This document shows, piece after piece, positions 51,820 to 60,862 of a stretch of DNA of 64,000 nt. The notes under the pieces were generated by a model. The model was not told the DNA's origin. It worked only from the letters and a program-made list of their open reading frames with translations, and did no database searches. Every line of letters begins with the position of its first letter. Position 1 is the first letter of the stretch. Origin of the DNA: Candidatus Nealsonbacteria bacterium (GTDB taxonomy: Bacteria; Patescibacteriota; Minisyncoccia; Minisyncoccales; MHMH01); the NCBI GenBank assembly GCA_016188865.1, contig JACPGX010000005.1, forward strand, positions 114,081 to 178,080. The letters run 5' to 3'. A program made the translations under genes and the position numbers.

Positions 51820-52122
51820 ATGCCATACATAAAACAAGAAGTTCGCAAGGAACTTGATTCCGGTATTAAAAGCCTTGCAGATAAAATTAACGATTTGGCT
51901 AAAAAAGAGGGAGATGAGGCGGCTTTTGCCGGGCTTTTGAATTATACTTGCACAAAATTAACATTAAAAACAATTCCCGCTAGGCGCTACAAATGGATTG
52001 CAATGGTTTGCGGAGTTTTTTCAAATATAATTCATGAGTTCTATCGCCGCTATGCCGCCCCCTACGAAGAAGAGAAAATCAAAGAGAGCGGTGATGTTTA
52101 TCCAGAAAGCAGAGATAATTAG
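51820..52122 (+). CDS. Hypothetical protein (100 aa)
   Basis: An ORF with reasonable codon usage. No recognisable motif. Confidence 0.35.
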   Translation: MPYIKQEVRKELDSGIKSLADKINDLAKKEGDEAAFAGLLNYTCTKLTLKTIPARRYKWIAMVCGVFSNIIHEFYRRYAAPYEEEKIKESGDVYPESRDN

Positions 52123-53177
52123 GGAAGCTTGAAATGGTTTTTGAAGGGACGGTAGTTTTTCTTTAAGAAATTAAAGAACTCCCTTTCGTTATTGAAGACC
52201 TTGTCGCAGAAATAAGTGATAAATGGAGAGCCTTCGCCGCCCGGGTGTATCACCCAGACGGTTTTATTTGTTTCATGAGCTTCTCTAAGTTCGTTTATAA
52301 CTCCGGGAGAAGAAACGACTTTCGGGAAAAAGGCTACCACTTTTTTGCTTTGCCTGACTAGCCAATAAAGGTCTCTGTTAACTATTTGCGTGTAAAAAAC
52401 TGGATTTTTCTGTCCGGTTTTTTTATTAAATTTGACTATGCCGGGGCCAGAGGTGGCTTCAACGCTTCTTGGGTCGAAAACAACGAAATATTTATTTAAT
52501 TCCCCAACAAATTTATCAACTCTTGATTGCAATTTTTTATCTCTAAGGTGGGTTATTGGCATGCTGACATAAACCGGCTCCTGCCTTTGGTCAAAAAGCA
52601 GGCGATAGAGCCCTGAAAACGGGTGTTTGGCAGGGATTACGTAGAATGGCTTTAAATTTATATCCGCCCAGGAAGAAGTTACCTCTACTTCAACATTTTG
52701 CCAGAGCAGTATTTCTTCGAGTGTTAATTTTTCCGGCTTCCATTGCGGCCTTGCATCAAGATTTTTTTTGATTACAGTAGCATCATCGATAAAAGTTAAA
52801 AATACATCTGCGTTAAATTGAGTAGGATAAAATCTGTCATAGGCTTTGGTAAATATTTTTTTCCATAAAAAGAAAGCGTGAATATTGATAAATACGGCAT
52901 CGTATTTTTTTAAATCATGCTTAAGAGTGCTTAGGATATTCTCGAAAATAGCGCTTCTCAGGGAGTTTATTACGTGAGGATTAGCATTGAGCACATTTTC
53001 CGGAGTAAGGGTGATGCCTATTTTTTCTGCCTGTTCGAAAATCATTTGGCCGACATTATGAATTTTGACCAATTTTTTGTGGCTTTTGGCAAATTTTTCA
53101 AGCTGGGCCAAAAATTCTTTTCCCCCGCAGCCTGAAATACCAGTAGTAATAATTAGCATATCCATTGATTTTAACAC
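52119..53177 (-). CDS. Hypothetical protein: N-terminal P-loop-like segment (GISGCGGKE) and a C-terminal region resembling the nucleoside 2-deoxyribosyltransferase fold
   Basis: C-terminal SPGVINELREAHETNKTVWVI resembles the NDT catalytic-Glu segment (DSGTAFELGYAYALGKPVI). I have not verified this by search. Confidence 0.35.
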   Translation of the reverse strand: MLKSMDMLIITTGISGCGGKEFLAQLEKFAKSHKKLVKIHNVGQMIFEQAEKIGITLTPENVLNANPHVINSLRSAIFENILSTLKHDLKKYDAVFINIHAFFLWKKIFTKAYDRFYPTQFNADVFLTFIDDATVIKKNLDARPQWKPEKLTLEEILLWQNVEVEVTSSWADINLKPFYVIPAKHPFSGLYRLLFDQRQEPVYVSMPITHLRDKKLQSRVDKFVGELNKYFVVFDPRSVEATSGPGIVKFNKKTGQKNPVFYTQIVNRDLYWLVRQSKKVVAFFPKVVSSPGVINELREAHETNKTVWVIHPGGEGSPFITYFCDKVFNNEREFFNFLKKNYRPFKNHFKLP

Positions 53178-53201
53178 TATTTTGGATTAAAATCAAAGAA
53201 T

Positions 53202-54611
53202 ATGGCCTATAAAACAACCATCGGTTTGGAAATACATGTTGAGCTCAAGACAAAGAGCAAAATGTTTTGTGATTCATCTAACGATCCCTTGGAAAGGCAC
53301 CCCAATGTTAATATTTGCCCCATTTGCTTGGGGCATCCGGGAGTGTTGCCGGTTATCAATGAAGAAGCGGTGAGGAAAGTTATTAAAACCGGCTTGGCTT
53401 TGGGTTGTCAGATTCAGGAACACTCCAAGTTTGACAGGAAAAATTATTTCTATCCAGATTTGCCTAAGGGCTACCAAATTTCCCAGTACGATATGCCGCT
53501 TTGTAAAAATGGGTATCTGGGGAAAATTCGTATTCGGCGCGTGCACCTTGAAGAAGATACGGGCAGATTAATCCACCCCAAAGGGGCAGACTATTCTTTG
53601 GTTGATTTTAATCGGGCGGGCATCCCCTTGATGGAATTAGTTACAGAGCCCGATATCAGTTCGGCTAAAGAGGCTCGTCAATTTGCCGAAGAATTGCAGT
53701 TAATTTTGAGATATATCGGAGTTTCTGACGCTGACATGGAAAAAGGGCAAATGCGGGTGGAAGTTAACATTTCTTTGGGGAAAAACAATAAATTAGGCAC
53801 GAAGGCAGAAATTAAAAATTTAAATTCCTTTAAAGCCGTGCAAGACGCTTTAGATTATGAGATTGCCAGACAATCTGAAATTTTGGAATCTGGCCAGAAG
53901 CTTGTTCAGGAGACCAGAGGCTGGGATGACATTAGAGGTAAAACTTATAGCCAAAGAATCAAAGAGGAAGCACAGGATTACAGGTATTTTCCGGAGCCGG
54001 ATTTGCCGCCTTTGCATTTTACTAAGGAGCAAATTAAGAAAATCTCTGCGGAGATTGCCGAACTTCCCCAACAGAGGAGAGAACGTTTTAAAAAAGAATA
54101 CGGCTTAGGAGAAAAAGAGGTTGAAGTTTTGGTGCGTGATAAGGACCTGGGAGAATACTTTGAGAAAGCGGCTTCCGAGCTGGGCGATATTAAACTTATT
54201 AAACTTTGCGTTAATTACATTCTTACCGATCTTCATGGCTTATTGAAAAGAGCCTCAATTACCGATGAAAATTTCAGGATTACTCCAGAGAATTTCGCCG
54301 ACTTTATTAGATTCATCGGAAACGGAAAATTATCCAGCAAATTGGCCAAGGAAGTTTTGGCCGAGATGTTTTCCAGCGGAGCAGAACCATCGCATATTAT
54401 TCAGGAAAGAGGGCTGGTTCAGATTAGCGATGAGTCAGAACTGGGTAAAATAGTGGAAGAAATTATTTCTCAAAATCCAAATCCTGTGGAAGATTTTAAA
54501 AAAGGCAAAGAAAACGCCTTGCAATTCTTAGTCGGTCAAGCAATGGCTAAAACCCGCGGCAAAGCCAACCCGGAGAAAGTCCGCCAAATACTCTTGACAA
54601 AACTGAAATAA
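53202..54611 (+). CDS. gatB: Asp/Glu-tRNA(Asn/Gln) amidotransferase subunit B
   Basis: TIGLEIHVEL, NICPICLGHPGVLP and a C-terminal YqeY-like domain. Confidence 0.9.
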   Translation: MAYKTTIGLEIHVELKTKSKMFCDSSNDPLERHPNVNICPICLGHPGVLPVINEEAVRKVIKTGLALGCQIQEHSKFDRKNYFYPDLPKGYQISQYDMPLCKNGYLGKIRIRRVHLEEDTGRLIHPKGADYSLVDFNRAGIPLMELVTEPDISSAKEARQFAEELQLILRYIGVSDADMEKGQMRVEVNISLGKNNKLGTKAEIKNLNSFKAVQDALDYEIARQSEILESGQKLVQETRGWDDIRGKTYSQRIKEEAQDYRYFPEPDLPPLHFTKEQIKKISAEIAELPQQRRERFKKEYGLGEKEVEVLVRDKDLGEYFEKAASELGDIKLIKLCVNYILTDLHGLLKRASITDENFRITPENFADFIRFIGNGKLSSKLAKEVLAEMFSSGAEPSHIIQERGLVQISDESELGKIVEEIISQNPNPVEDFKKGKENALQFLVGQAMAKTRGKANPEKVRQILLTKLK

Positions 54612-54649
54612 TGCTGTATAATTTAAGTATAAAATAAAAAGGAGGCGTT

Positions 54650-54784
54650 ATGAAAATCCGAGAAAACTTTCCCGTCCAAGCCTTGGACAGACTACGGAGG
54701 ATCCGCATGAGCCGCCTGGCGTTCGTTTGCAACGCCAGTGGTTCGACCACGACCCCGACCATTGAGATCAAATCCAATCAGTAG
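54650..54784 (+). CDS. Small ORF (44 aa, MKIRENFPVQALDRLRRIRMSRLAFVCNASGSTTTPTIEIKSNQ), GC-rich
   Basis: An extended -10 (TGTATAAT, 54615-54622). SD AAGGAGG lies 7 nt upstream. A bidirectional terminator lies downstream. Confidence 0.3.
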   Translation: MKIRENFPVQALDRLRRIRMSRLAFVCNASGSTTTPTIEIKSNQ

Positions 54785-54796
54785 GGTCGGCGAACA

Positions 54797-54840
54797 AAAA
54801 GGGGAGAGATCGCTAAGATCTTCTCCCCTTATTTGTTTAT
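54797..54840. terminator. Bidirectional rho-independent terminator (GGGGAGAGATC...GATCTTCTCCCC)
   Basis: The stem is flanked by an A-run upstream and a T-run downstream. It serves the small ORF on the plus strand and miaA on the minus strand. Confidence 0.7.
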
Positions 54841-55722
54841 AAATTTTTGAGCTAAACTTTTAGCTTCTTTGTAGTTTTTCACCCAATAAATGCGATTATC
54901 TCTTTTGAACCAAGTCATTTGGCGTTTGGCAAAATGCTCAATATCTTTTTGCAATAAACTAACGAGAACCGTTCTCGTCAGTTTTGATTGCAAATATCGC
55001 GCGAGCCAGCGGTATTCTAAGCCGAATTCTTCCAGCTGTTTCCAAGAAACGCCCGACTGGCGCAGTTTTTTAACTTCGGCAATCATGCCTTGTTTAAGCC
55101 TTTTAAGCAGGCGTTTTTTTATTAATTTTTTTAACTCTTCAGGAGATTTTTTAATTCCAATCATTAATACGGGATAGGGCAGTGGATTTTTCTGCAAAAC
55201 AGGGACAACTCCTATTTTTTTTGCAATTTCTATGGCCCTGATTAGCCTTCTGCGGTTATATCTATCAATAGTGTTAGCCCTTCTCGGATCAAGCTTTTTT
55301 ATCTTTTCAAATAACGCTTCAGTGTTTAAACTATTGAGGCCCGACCTCAATAGTAAATCAGGTTTTACTTCGGGGATTGCGATGCCATCTACCACTGCTT
55401 GGATATAAAAACCAGTTCCGCCGCAAAGAATGGGAATTTTGTTTTTTTTGAATATTTTATTTATTGCCGCCAGCGCCATTTTTTTATATTCAGCTACTGT
55501 AAATCTTCTTTTAGGAGAAGCGACGTCTAAAAGATGGTGAAGGATGCCTTGCTTTTCTCTTTTGCTGATTTTGCCTGTGCCGATATCCATGCCTTTGTAA
55601 ACCTGCCTTGAATCAGCTGAAATAATCTCGCCATTGAATTTTTTAGCGAGCTTGACGGCTAATCCAGATTTTCCGGAAGCTGTTTGCCCTAAAATAACGA
55701 TGATTTTTTGAGCTATTGACAT
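54829..55722 (-). CDS. miaA: tRNA dimethylallyltransferase
   Basis: P-loop GQTASGKS and DSRQVYKGMDIGT motifs. It contains an in-frame 23-bp palindrome at 54959-54981. Confidence 0.9.
   Translation of the reverse strand: MSIAQKIIVILGQTASGKSGLAVKLAKKFNGEIISADSRQVYKGMDIGTGKISKREKQGILHHLLDVASPKRRFTVAEYKKMALAAINKIFKKNKIPILCGGTGFYIQAVVDGIAIPEVKPDLLLRSGLNSLNTEALFEKIKKLDPRRANTIDRYNRRRLIRAIEIAKKIGVVPVLQKNPLPYPVLMIGIKKSPEELKKLIKKRLLKRLKQGMIAEVKKLRQSGVSWKQLEEFGLEYRWLARYLQSKLTRTVLVSLLQKDIEHFAKRQMTWFKRDNRIYWVKNYKEAKSLAQKFINK
54959..54981. repeat. Palindrome CTAACGAGAACCGTTCTCGTCAG (22/23) in-frame within miaA, encoding LTRTVLV
   Basis: The same palindrome occurs perfect within thrS at 60281-60303. Its core occurs in the terminator at 25044-25068. 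Confidence 0.9.
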
Positions 55723-55776
55723 TTTTATATAAATTGTTTAATATATATATTAGAAACAAAGTTTTAAGGAGGATAG

Positions 55777-56124
55777 ATGGGAAGGTGTTATTTCAGCGTA
55801 GAGTACAATCATCCGGAGCACCCCGATAATATCTGCGCAGTGGACTGGGATTGTTGGGCTAAGGGCCGCTGGGTAAGATCGTGGAGGAGCGATTTCCAGT
55901 GGCACAAAGAAGACGAAGACGGAGGTCATGTGGGAAAACTCGGGTTCCAGGCTATAGTCGATAAATTTGGACTAAATGGCTTGGATCACGAATTAACCCC
56001 AGAAAATATTGAGTTTATGAGTCCGGCACGATTGATGGCGTTCAGAAGGCAAAAGGGTTTGCCGTATAGAACAATACTGAGCGATACATTGGGCGATCCT
56101 AGTCCGGCTGAAGAATACGACTAA
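55777..56124 (+). CDS. Hypothetical protein (115 aa), GC-rich relative to flanks
   Basis: SD AAGGAGG. A terminator at 56135-56160. No recognisable motif. Confidence 0.4.
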   Translation: MGRCYFSVEYNHPEHPDNICAVDWDCWAKGRWVRSWRSDFQWHKEDEDGGHVGKLGFQAIVDKFGLNGLDHELTPENIEFMSPARLMAFRRQKGLPYRTILSDTLGDPSPAEEYD

Positions 56125-56134
56125 AAGAAATTAC

Positions 56135-56160
56135 AAAGGCTGAGAAATCAGCCTTTTTGC
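56135..56160. terminator. Hairpin GGCTGA-GAAA-TCAGCC with flanking T-runs on both strands
   Basis: It overlaps the last codons of the miaB-like gene. Confidence 0.55.
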
Positions 56161-57209
56161 TTGCCCTGAGGACCTTCGGCTGAGCTCAGTCGAAGACCCG
56201 CGTCGAAGGGCTTAACCATACTCATTAAAACCATTTCTCTTCGTTTTTTTTCCTTGAAAGGAACGTCGTCTTTTATAAGAAATGCGGCGGTGCCGGTCCT
56301 TGGAGAGTATTTGGAGATATAAGCTATGTTAAAACAAAGTTCCTTGAATAATTTAACGGTATTTCCGAATTGCTTTTTTGTTTCTCCGGGGAATCCGACT
56401 ATTGCATCAGTAGATAGGTTTATATCGGGCATTTTGTCTTGTATTTTCTTAATTAAATCCTTGTACTGCTTAATGGTGTAGCGCCTGTTCATTTTTTTTA
56501 AGATTTCGTTATCCCCTGACTGTACCGGCAAATTAAGAAATTTTGCCACCTTCCTGCATTTCGCCATAGTTTCAATTAATTCATCCGTAAAATCTGCAGG
56601 ATTCGGGCTGGTAAATCTTATTTGAAAATCTCCAGGAATTTTGTTAATCATATTCAGCAGTTTTGCAAAGTTAATCCGGTCTGATTTGTAGTCGTTGACG
56701 TTTTGTCCTAATAGCCATATTTCTTTAATGCCGTTTTTAACCGCGTTTTTTACTTCGTTTAAGATTTCTTTGTGGTTGCGGCAAACCAAAGGCCCACGAG
56801 TATGGGGAACTACGCAATAAGTGCAAAAGTTATTGCAACCGTTAGATATGGGAATATATTTTGACTTGACGTAAGATTGAGACCATGGTTTGAATTGTAC
56901 GTCGTCAAAGATTTTTTGGAATTTCCCCCTGTCTTTTTTTAAAATACAGCCGGTTAAAATTTTCTTAGCTTTTAAATTTTTGAATTTTGGCGTCAAGCCG
57001 ATAACCCGATCAACGGCAGATTGCCTTACCGAGCACATATTAACCATGACCAAATCGGCCTCGCTTATTTTTAATGTTAATTTATAGCCCTTGTATTCCA
57101 AATCGGCAGCAATTTTCTCTGAATCAGATTTATTCATCTGGCAGCCGAATGTAATGATATGATATTTCTTCATATCAAGCATTTTACAATAAAAAAGCGG
57201 CTTTTTCAA
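56148..57209 (-). CDS. MiaB/RimO-family radical SAM methylthiotransferase, C-terminally truncated (no TRAM domain)
   Basis: MTTase N-terminal domain (ITFGCQMN) and radical SAM CNNFCTYC. The last 16 codons run into GC-rich sequence that appears foreign. Confidence 0.7.
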   Translation of the reverse strand: MKKPLFYCKMLDMKKYHIITFGCQMNKSDSEKIAADLEYKGYKLTLKISEADLVMVNMCSVRQSAVDRVIGLTPKFKNLKAKKILTGCILKKDRGKFQKIFDDVQFKPWSQSYVKSKYIPISNGCNNFCTYCVVPHTRGPLVCRNHKEILNEVKNAVKNGIKEIWLLGQNVNDYKSDRINFAKLLNMINKIPGDFQIRFTSPNPADFTDELIETMAKCRKVAKFLNLPVQSGDNEILKKMNRRYTIKQYKDLIKKIQDKMPDINLSTDAIVGFPGETKKQFGNTVKLFKELCFNIAYISKYSPRTGTAAFLIKDDVPFKEKKRREMVLMSMVKPFDAGLRLSSAEGPQGKQKG

Positions 57210-57218
57210 GGCCGCAGT

Positions 57219-58808
57219 TTAGTGTATTTCTTCTTTCTTTTCCCTTAAAAACGATCTCCATTGTTCTAGAAATTCCAAAAATACCTGAAATGGCATATCG
57301 AGCAGGGAATTTAACAAAACAGCTACCGCGTTATATTTCTGCCATTGGCTGGAAAGCCATTTGCCGACCTGGATTATCGGCAAAGAGAAAAGATCAATAA
57401 AGGTTTGCAGGAAGCTCTCTTTATCTTTTTCCATCTTAAGCTCTCTCGCCCTTTGGCGGATTTTTATACCGGCAAAAGATATTAAAGAAGTGAACATTAG
57501 AAAAATAATAATAGAAATCGGGCTGAAATTTAATTTTCGCAAGCCCCAGACGATCAAACCGAAAGAGGCGATAAAGCTAAGGAGGTAAATAAGCACCATA
57601 ATTGAATTTAAAATAAGTCCTCTTTTGGGCGCTGTTCTGATTTCATAAATATCTTTCCCTTCTCTTTCATAGGCTATTTTCATTATTTCCATTACAACCA
57701 ATTGTTCATTTTGCCTTGAAGGGGGTTTAATGGAAATAACCAAAAAAACCATCAGAAGCGGAGGAATCAAGATATTTATTCCCATATTGAAATAATCAAA
57801 GGCGCCCGTGACATATTTATCGAAAGGCACTTCAATCGCAAAAGCTATCAGCATTTTAGATAATAATATGGAAAGAGTGCTGTAAAAAGCAGCTCTTTTC
57901 AAACTGCCCTTAACTTTTTTTAATCTTTCTTTATAAACAGCTTTGATTTTGTTTTCTAAAACTTCGGGATTACTTAAAATATTTTCTATTTCCGATGGTT
58001 CTGCAGAAATAATATCGCCCAATATTAAGTAAGCCGTATCGTATCTTTCGCAAATAGCATAGAATTTTTCAGTAAGAGGGTGGCGAAGGCTGTTTTCCAC
58101 CTTTTCCCAAGTAAAATAAATATTTTTTGCTATTTGTTCAAATTTTTCTGAAGGAAGGTTGCGCCAATCGGGCAGCCAAGTCTTTAAAAGGTTATAACTT
58201 ATAAGCGGAACATCAAACTTAAAAAGAGCTTTTTGAATTGCAATGTAAATTTGAGTATTTTTTTCTTCCTGGCTGATTTTTGATTCGATTCTTTCCCGCA
58301 TCAGTTCGAGCATAAAACCCATTAAAGCAGTTTCTCTGATAGGCGGAGCTAAAATTTCTTCTATTTCGCAAGCAGCAATTCCTAAAACCCAGTCATGAAG
58401 CTGCATATGCCCCTTTTTATTTGACGAAGACGGAATACTGTCTAGATTATCTAAAATATAAGTGTACTTATCGATTGACTTTTGAATTTCGGCTATTTTT
58501 GTTTCAGGAATGGCATCATTAAGAAAGTGTCCGCCTCTGATTAATTCATTGACAAATGGTTCTGAAATCTCTTTGCCTTTTCTTCTTAAAAATAACCGCC
58601 TTTTTAAAACCCTTTCTATGGCAGTTTTTCTCAAGAGGTGCTCTTCCCGCCAGTCAACAATACCTCGCATTTTTTCATAAAAAGTGGCAACCCTGCTCAC
58701 CACTTCATCGACGTGGATTGTGGGAATTCCTTCCTTAATTCTGGAGGAGCTGTACCAATTTTTATAGCCGGATATGAGTTTTTTTGTTGCTTGAGATATT
58801 TCAGGCAT
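57219..58808 (-). CDS. Large hypothetical membrane protein (soluble N-terminal half, multi-TM C-terminal half)
   Basis: A 529-aa ORF with about 5 TM helices between residues 300 and 470. No recognisable motif. Confidence 0.4.
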   Translation of the reverse strand: MPEISQATKKLISGYKNWYSSSRIKEGIPTIHVDEVVSRVATFYEKMRGIVDWREEHLLRKTAIERVLKRRLFLRRKGKEISEPFVNELIRGGHFLNDAIPETKIAEIQKSIDKYTYILDNLDSIPSSSNKKGHMQLHDWVLGIAACEIEEILAPPIRETALMGFMLELMRERIESKISQEEKNTQIYIAIQKALFKFDVPLISYNLLKTWLPDWRNLPSEKFEQIAKNIYFTWEKVENSLRHPLTEKFYAICERYDTAYLILGDIISAEPSEIENILSNPEVLENKIKAVYKERLKKVKGSLKRAAFYSTLSILLSKMLIAFAIEVPFDKYVTGAFDYFNMGINILIPPLLMVFLVISIKPPSRQNEQLVVMEIMKIAYEREGKDIYEIRTAPKRGLILNSIMVLIYLLSFIASFGLIVWGLRKLNFSPISIIIFLMFTSLISFAGIKIRQRARELKMEKDKESFLQTFIDLFSLPIIQVGKWLSSQWQKYNAVAVLLNSLLDMPFQVFLEFLEQWRSFLREKKEEIH

Positions 58809-60531
58809 CTTTTTCCATTTTAACTTTTTCTGTGAATTTACTCAACTCCATAGCTCCAATATCGCCCCTTCCCCTTTCTCTAACGCTTATTTTGCCAGAT
58901 TCAGCTTCCTTGTCGCCCACGACTATGAGGTAGGGGACTTTTTGAAGTTCGCCTTCTCTGATTCTTTTAGAAACAGTTTCATTTCCATTATTTATCTCAA
59001 TTCTAAGGAAGTTAAGCTCATCTCTAATTTTTTCCGCATATTGATTATGTCTGTCGGCTATGGGAATGATCATGCATTGAACCGGTGATAGCCATAAAGG
59101 TAAGGCTCCCGCATAGTGTTCCAGAAGAAAAGCCATGGTTCTTTCTATGGCGCCGATTGAAGAGCGGTGTATGACAATCGGCTCTTTTTCCTTGCCATCT
59201 TGATCAATATAGCTAAGTTTGAATCTTTTGGGCATAACAAAATCGTACTGTATGGTAAAGGCAGTGTCTTCTTTCCCGGCGAAGTTTTTCATTTGAATGT
59301 CGATTTTCGGGCCGTAAAAAGCAGCCTCTTTTTGAGCTTCAAAAAAGTTATCTTTGCCTCTTTTGGTAAGAACGTTTCTTAAAACTCCCTCGGCAAAATT
59401 CCAGGCCTCGTTATCTTTAAAATATTTTTTAGAGTCTTTTCTGTCGCCTAAGGATAATCTATAGCGATAATTTACGCCGGCTTTCAGCCCTAATTTTAAA
59501 GCCATATATTCGATTAAATCTAAAACTCCATTGATTTCGTCCATAGCCTTTTCTTTTTGGCAGATAATATGGGCATCGGCTAAACAGAAAGATCGTACCC
59601 TGATTAGGCCGGTCAATTCGCCCGATTTTTCGTATCGAAATTGCTTGGCTAATTCGGCAATCCTAAAGGGCAATTCTTTATATGACCTTGGTTTTGAAGC
59701 ATACAGCTGAAAATGATGAGGGCAGGTCATAGGTCTTAAAATCAGCTCTTCCTCGTCAATTTTCATGACAGGATACATTGAATCTTTGTAATACGGATAA
59801 TGCCCCGACGTTTTATACAGTTCCACTTTGGCTAATTCTGGAGTATAAACGTGCTTATAGCCTCTTTTTATTTCTTCATCGACTACAAAACGTTCCAGTT
59901 CCCTTCTAATGATAGATCCCTTTTCGGTAAACAAGGGGAGGCCCTTGCCGACTAAATCGGAAAAAACAAATAAATCTAAATTTTTTCCTATAATCCTATG
60001 GTCTCTTTTTTCAGCTTCTTCCTGTATTTTGAGAAAATCCTCCAGTTCTTTTTTTATTGCAAAAGCTACCCCGTATATTCTGGTCAGCATTTTATTTTTT
60101 TCAGAGCCCTTCCAATAAGCTCCGGCAATTTTCGTCAGCTTAAAAGCATCGGGGGTTATCTCTTTTGTTGATTTAACATGCGGCCCCGAACACAAATCAA
60201 CAAACGTTCCTGATTCGTATATAGTCGGCTGCTTAATTTCCTTTAGCAGCTCTAGCTTATACGGTTGTTTTTTGAACATCCTGACGAGAACGGTTCTCGT
60301 CAGTTTTTGTTTTTTGAAAACAATGTTTTGCGCCAGCAGTTCGCGCATTTTTTTCTCTATTTTCAGCAGGTCTTCCGGCGCTAGGGGAACGGATAATTCG
60401 AAATCGTAATAAAAGCCGTTTTCAATGGCGGGCCCAATGCCAAATTTGGCGCCGGGATATAACTCCTGCACTGCGTAAGCCATTATATGGGCCAAAGAAT
60501 GGCGGATAGTTTCGATTTTAGCAGACATCAA
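58801..60531 (-). CDS. thrS: Threonine--tRNA ligase (short form without the N-terminal TGS/editing extension)
   Basis: SLAHIMAYAV (zinc-site HxxxH region), class II motifs and a C-terminal anticodon-binding domain. It contains an in-frame 23-bp palindrome at 60281-60303. Confidence 0.9.
   Translation of the reverse strand: MMSAKIETIRHSLAHIMAYAVQELYPGAKFGIGPAIENGFYYDFELSVPLAPEDLLKIEKKMRELLAQNIVFKKQKLTRTVLVRMFKKQPYKLELLKEIKQPTIYESGTFVDLCSGPHVKSTKEITPDAFKLTKIAGAYWKGSEKNKMLTRIYGVAFAIKKELEDFLKIQEEAEKRDHRIIGKNLDLFVFSDLVGKGLPLFTEKGSIIRRELERFVVDEEIKRGYKHVYTPELAKVELYKTSGHYPYYKDSMYPVMKIDEEELILRPMTCPHHFQLYASKPRSYKELPFRIAELAKQFRYEKSGELTGLIRVRSFCLADAHIICQKEKAMDEINGVLDLIEYMALKLGLKAGVNYRYRLSLGDRKDSKKYFKDNEAWNFAEGVLRNVLTKRGKDNFFEAQKEAAFYGPKIDIQMKNFAGKEDTAFTIQYDFVMPKRFKLSYIDQDGKEKEPIVIHRSSIGAIERTMAFLLEHYAGALPLWLSPVQCMIIPIADRHNQYAEKIRDELNFLRIEINNGNETVSKRIREGELQKVPYLIVVGDKEAESGKISVRERGRGDIGAMELSKFTEKVKMEKDA
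60281..60303. repeat. Perfect palindrome CTGACGAGAACGGTTCTCGTCAG in-frame within thrS, encoding LTRTVLV
   Basis: It is the reverse-complement orientation of the miaA copy. The encoded peptide is identical. Confidence 0.9.
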
Positions 60532-60646
60532 CTTTTATTATACCAGTTCTTGGGATTGTTAACAACTATTGACAAATTTATAAAAATATGCTACGGTATA
60601 AGTGTAAGAGAAGAGTATAGGGAAAAAAATAAAAAAGGAGAGAAAA

Positions 60647-60862
60647 ATGATTATCATGGTTATTCTTACGGGGGTATGCCTAAACGCTATGATCATTCTT
60701 CATAACATTCGTATGACGAGGCTGACGAGGCGCATCAACAAAGAACTAAGGGAGAGGAGAGAAATAAACGCAGCCCTGAACCAGTTAATCATAGGGCTTT
60801 CTGAGCTGATAGGTGAGTTGCTCATAAAGTTCTACGGAAAGGAGGTTGGTATCAAGTCATAA
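60647..60862 (+). CDS. Small hypothetical membrane protein (71 aa)
   Basis: SD AAGGAG lies 7 nt upstream. An N-terminal TM helix. Confidence 0.35.
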   Translation: MIIMVILTGVCLNAMIILHNIRMTRLTRRINKELRERREINAALNQLIIGLSELIGELLIKFYGKEVGIKS

